NCBI GenBank assembly: GCA_041751015.1
Contig: JBGSYF010000030.1
Coordinates: 16,973 to 80,972, forward strand
Length of the DNA: 64,000 bases
Origin: Chitinophagales bacterium
Lineage (GTDB): Bacteria; Bacteroidota; Bacteroidia; Chitinophagales; BACL12
Direction of reading: 5' to 3'
A model generated the notes under the pieces. It was given only the letters and a program-made list of their open reading frames with translations. It made no database searches and was not told the origin of the DNA. Positions 61,920 through 64,000 of this stretch are shown one piece after another (the stretch's first letter is position 1; each line of letters starts with the position of its first letter). The translations under genes and the position numbers were made by a program.

Positions 61920-61973
61920 AGGACAAAGTTAGTTCGGTTTATTACCGCTGAGGTTGTAGTTTGCAGCTTGCTT

Positions 61974-63098
61974 ATGAACAAGATCATTTTTTCGCTCTGC
62001 GCATTTGCTTTTGTGCTCGGCGCTACTTCTTGCGCGGCTCAGGCGCAAAAAACATCCGGGAATCCGGAACACAATGTCATCTTTTACAATGTCGAAAACC
62101 TTTTCGACACTCTGGACCATCCTCTGAAGAACGATGAGGAGTTTCTGCCAAGCTCAAACCTCAAATGGAATACGGAGCGCTATGAGGCCAAGATGGAAGC
62201 TCTGGCCAGGGTTGTTCTTGCCGCATCCGGCGGAGATCCGCCCGCCCTTCTCGGACTGGCCGAAGTGGAGAATGCGGAGGTAGTGGCTGAATTGGGCAGG
62301 CGTATTGGGGGGGGTGTTGGCGGGCGTATTGACGGGCGTGTTGAAGGGCGTGTTGAAGGGCGTACAAGCGGGCGTACCATACAGTATGGTATTGCTCATT
62401 TTGAGAGCCCCGATATGCGCGGCATAGATTGTGCGCTGCTTTATCAAACAGGGAAGGGCGGCTTTAAGGTCAGCGAGACCCGCGCCATCCCCGTACATTT
62501 TGACGATGATCCCGAGTACAAAACTCGTGATATTCTATACGTTAAGGGGAAATTCGCAAAGATGAAACAACCCCTGCACATCTTTGTCAATCACTGGCCT
62601 TCGAGGCGCGGAGGTGTGGAGGCCAGTGAACCCAGACGTGTGCGCGCGGCTCTGGTGTTGCGGGCTGTCTGCGACAGTTTGCGCGGTGCCGAACAGGATC
62701 CAAAGATCCTGATCATGGGCGATTTCAACGATGAGCCGCACAATCGCAGTGTTGTGGAAATCTTGGGTGCGGGTTCCCTGGACAGCGGGGCTCAGAGCAG
62801 CACTTCGACCCTGCTCAATCTGATGGCTGCGGCTGCTGCCTCCGGACAGGGAAGCTATAACTATCAGGGAAATTGGAATATGATTGACCAGTTCATCGCC
62901 AGTCCCCGGCTGGCTGGGCTTCAGCCCTGCCGCCGCTGTTGGGTCGTGCGCGATGCAGAGCCATTTAGCGAAGAGTGGATGATGTACCAATCGGAGCGCT
63001 TCGGTGACCAGCCCAGCCGCACATATGGCGGACCGAATTACTACGGCGGTTTTTCAGATCACCTGCCCATTCGTCTGAAACTGGTCCGGCTGCGTTGA
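61974..63098 (+). CDS. Endonuclease/exonuclease/phosphatase-family exported protein
   Basis: FYNVENLFD, AEVEN, RGID, NHWPSR, GDFNDEP, SDHLP; signal peptide with Cys. Confidence 0.93.
   Translation: MNKIIFSLCAFAFVLGATSCAAQAQKTSGNPEHNVIFYNVENLFDTLDHPLKNDEEFLPSSNLKWNTERYEAKMEALARVVLAASGGDPPALLGLAEVENAEVVAELGRRIGGGVGGRIDGRVEGRVEGRTSGRTIQYGIAHFESPDMRGIDCALLYQTGKGGFKVSETRAIPVHFDDDPEYKTRDILYVKGKFAKMKQPLHIFVNHWPSRRGGVEASEPRRVRAALVLRAVCDSLRGAEQDPKILIMGDFNDEPHNRSVVEILGAGSLDSGAQSSTSTLLNLMAAAAASGQGSYNYQGNWNMIDQFIASPRLAGLQPCRRCWVVRDAEPFSEEWMMYQSERFGDQPSRTYGGPNYYGGFSDHLPIRLKLVRLR
62298..62381 (+). repeat. Seven degenerate 12-bp tandem repeats (G-R-x-x)
   Basis: AGGCGTATTGGG/GGGGGTGTTGGC/GGGCGTATTGAC/GGGCGTGTTGAA x2/GGGCGTACAAGC/GGGCGTACCATA. 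Confidence 0.85.
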
Positions 63099-63143
63099 GG
63101 GGGGGGATTGAGGTGTTGCAAAAAAAGCTGTTCACTTTAATAT

Positions 63144-64000
63144 ATGATCTTAAACGATCCTAAGCAGTCATCATCCGCGAGTTCAAAATCTGCGCAAGCA
63201 AACCCCCGGCGCATCCTCGTGACCGGGGCTACCGGCTTTCTGGGTCGTCATGTGCTGGCGGCGGTTCCCGAGGCCTTTCGACCTATAGCCGGCATCAGCC
63301 CCCGCCAAAATGCAGTCAACTTACCCGATCTTGAATCCCTGACACTGGACCTGGCCGATCCCTCCTCCTGCGCCCGAAAAGTGCAGGACCTTCATCCCGA
63401 CGGCATTCTTCACCTGGCCGCCATGGCCGACACGGGAGCCTGCGAACTGGACCCCTCCAGCTCGGAGCGCATCAACGTACAGGCCAGCGCTGAACTGGCT
63501 CGGGCCGCACAAGAGCTCAACATTCCCTTTGTATTCTGCTCCACCGATCTGGTTTTCGGCGGCGATAAAGCCCCCTATCGGCCCGCTGATCCGGTGGCAC
63601 CATTGATGGTCTATGGACAACATAAAGCGCAGGCAGAATTTCTGGTCAGTCAATTGCACTCCGGCGCGCTGATTGCCCGCCTGCCTCTCATGTACGGCCA
63701 CTCCGACGACATCCGTCGCGGACTGGTACCGGCGCTCATCGCCAAGCTCAAAAGCGGCCAGAACGTGCATCTTTTTGAGGACGAAGCCCGTAGTGTTGCC
63801 GCAGCTTCCCATGTAGCCCGGGGTCTCTGGCAGGCCCTGGACTGGCCTTCCGGCATCTGGCATTTCGGTGGCCCCGATCCCCTATCCCGCTATGCTTTTG
63901 GCCTGGCCGTAGCAAGACACTTTGGGCTCGAAAGCAGCCTGATCATTCCAAGCCTTCAGGCCGATCATCCTGGCCTAGCTCCCCGCCCCAAAGACGTCAG
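63144..64000 (+). CDS. RmlD-like extended SDR oxidoreductase (runs off the window end)
   Basis: Translated by hand: ILVTGATGFLG, HLAAMA, CSTDLVFGG, YGQHK (YxxxK); absent from the ORF track because no stop lies in the window. Confidence 0.85.
   Translation, partial: MILNDPKQSSSASSKSAQANPRRILVTGATGFLGRHVLAAVPEAFRPIAGISPRQNAVNLPDLESLTLDLADPSSCARKVQDLHPDGILHLAAMADTGACELDPSSSERINVQASAELARAAQELNIPFVFCSTDLVFGGDKAPYRPADPVAPLMVYGQHKAQAEFLVSQLHSGALIARLPLMYGHSDDIRRGLVPALIAKLKSGQNVHLFEDEARSVAAASHVARGLWQALDWPSGIWHFGGPDPLSRYAFGLAVARHFGLESSLIIPSLQADHPGLAPRPKDV

Overview
A 64-kb chromosomal segment of a fairly GC-rich Bacteroidota bacterium. The assignment rests on TAnnTTTG/-33 TTTG promoters, T9SS cargo proteins, a PorP/SprF gene and the rpsL-rpsG-fusA-rpsJ-rplC order without tufA. 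Most content is housekeeping: str/S10 ribosomal genes, pepP-pssA-purS-rsmI, pheT-zapA-rny, lnt-suhB, a TetR-headed beta-oxidation operon with two tandem acyl-CoA dehydrogenases, radC, rpsT and sucAB. Three less ordinary blocks stand out. (1) A five-gene envelope cluster (7.9-14.2 kb) in which every product carries a cysteine pair: two T9SS cargo proteins, a TlpA thioredoxin, a DUF6029-like beta-barrel and an Omp28 lipoprotein. This is a candidate thiol-redox relay across the outer membrane, and a second T9SS Omp28-like gene lies at 54-56 kb. (2) An OPT + POT peptide-transporter operon ending in a cytoplasmic alkaline-phosphatase-superfamily/TPR/sulfotransferase fusion. (3) An AT-richer block with a CheB-CheR-PAS-histidine kinase, two single-domain receivers, an orphan T9SS CTD remnant and an ABC exporter. 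No rRNA, tRNA, CRISPR array, transposase or integrase was recognised. Family names come from motif recognition by eye, not database searches.
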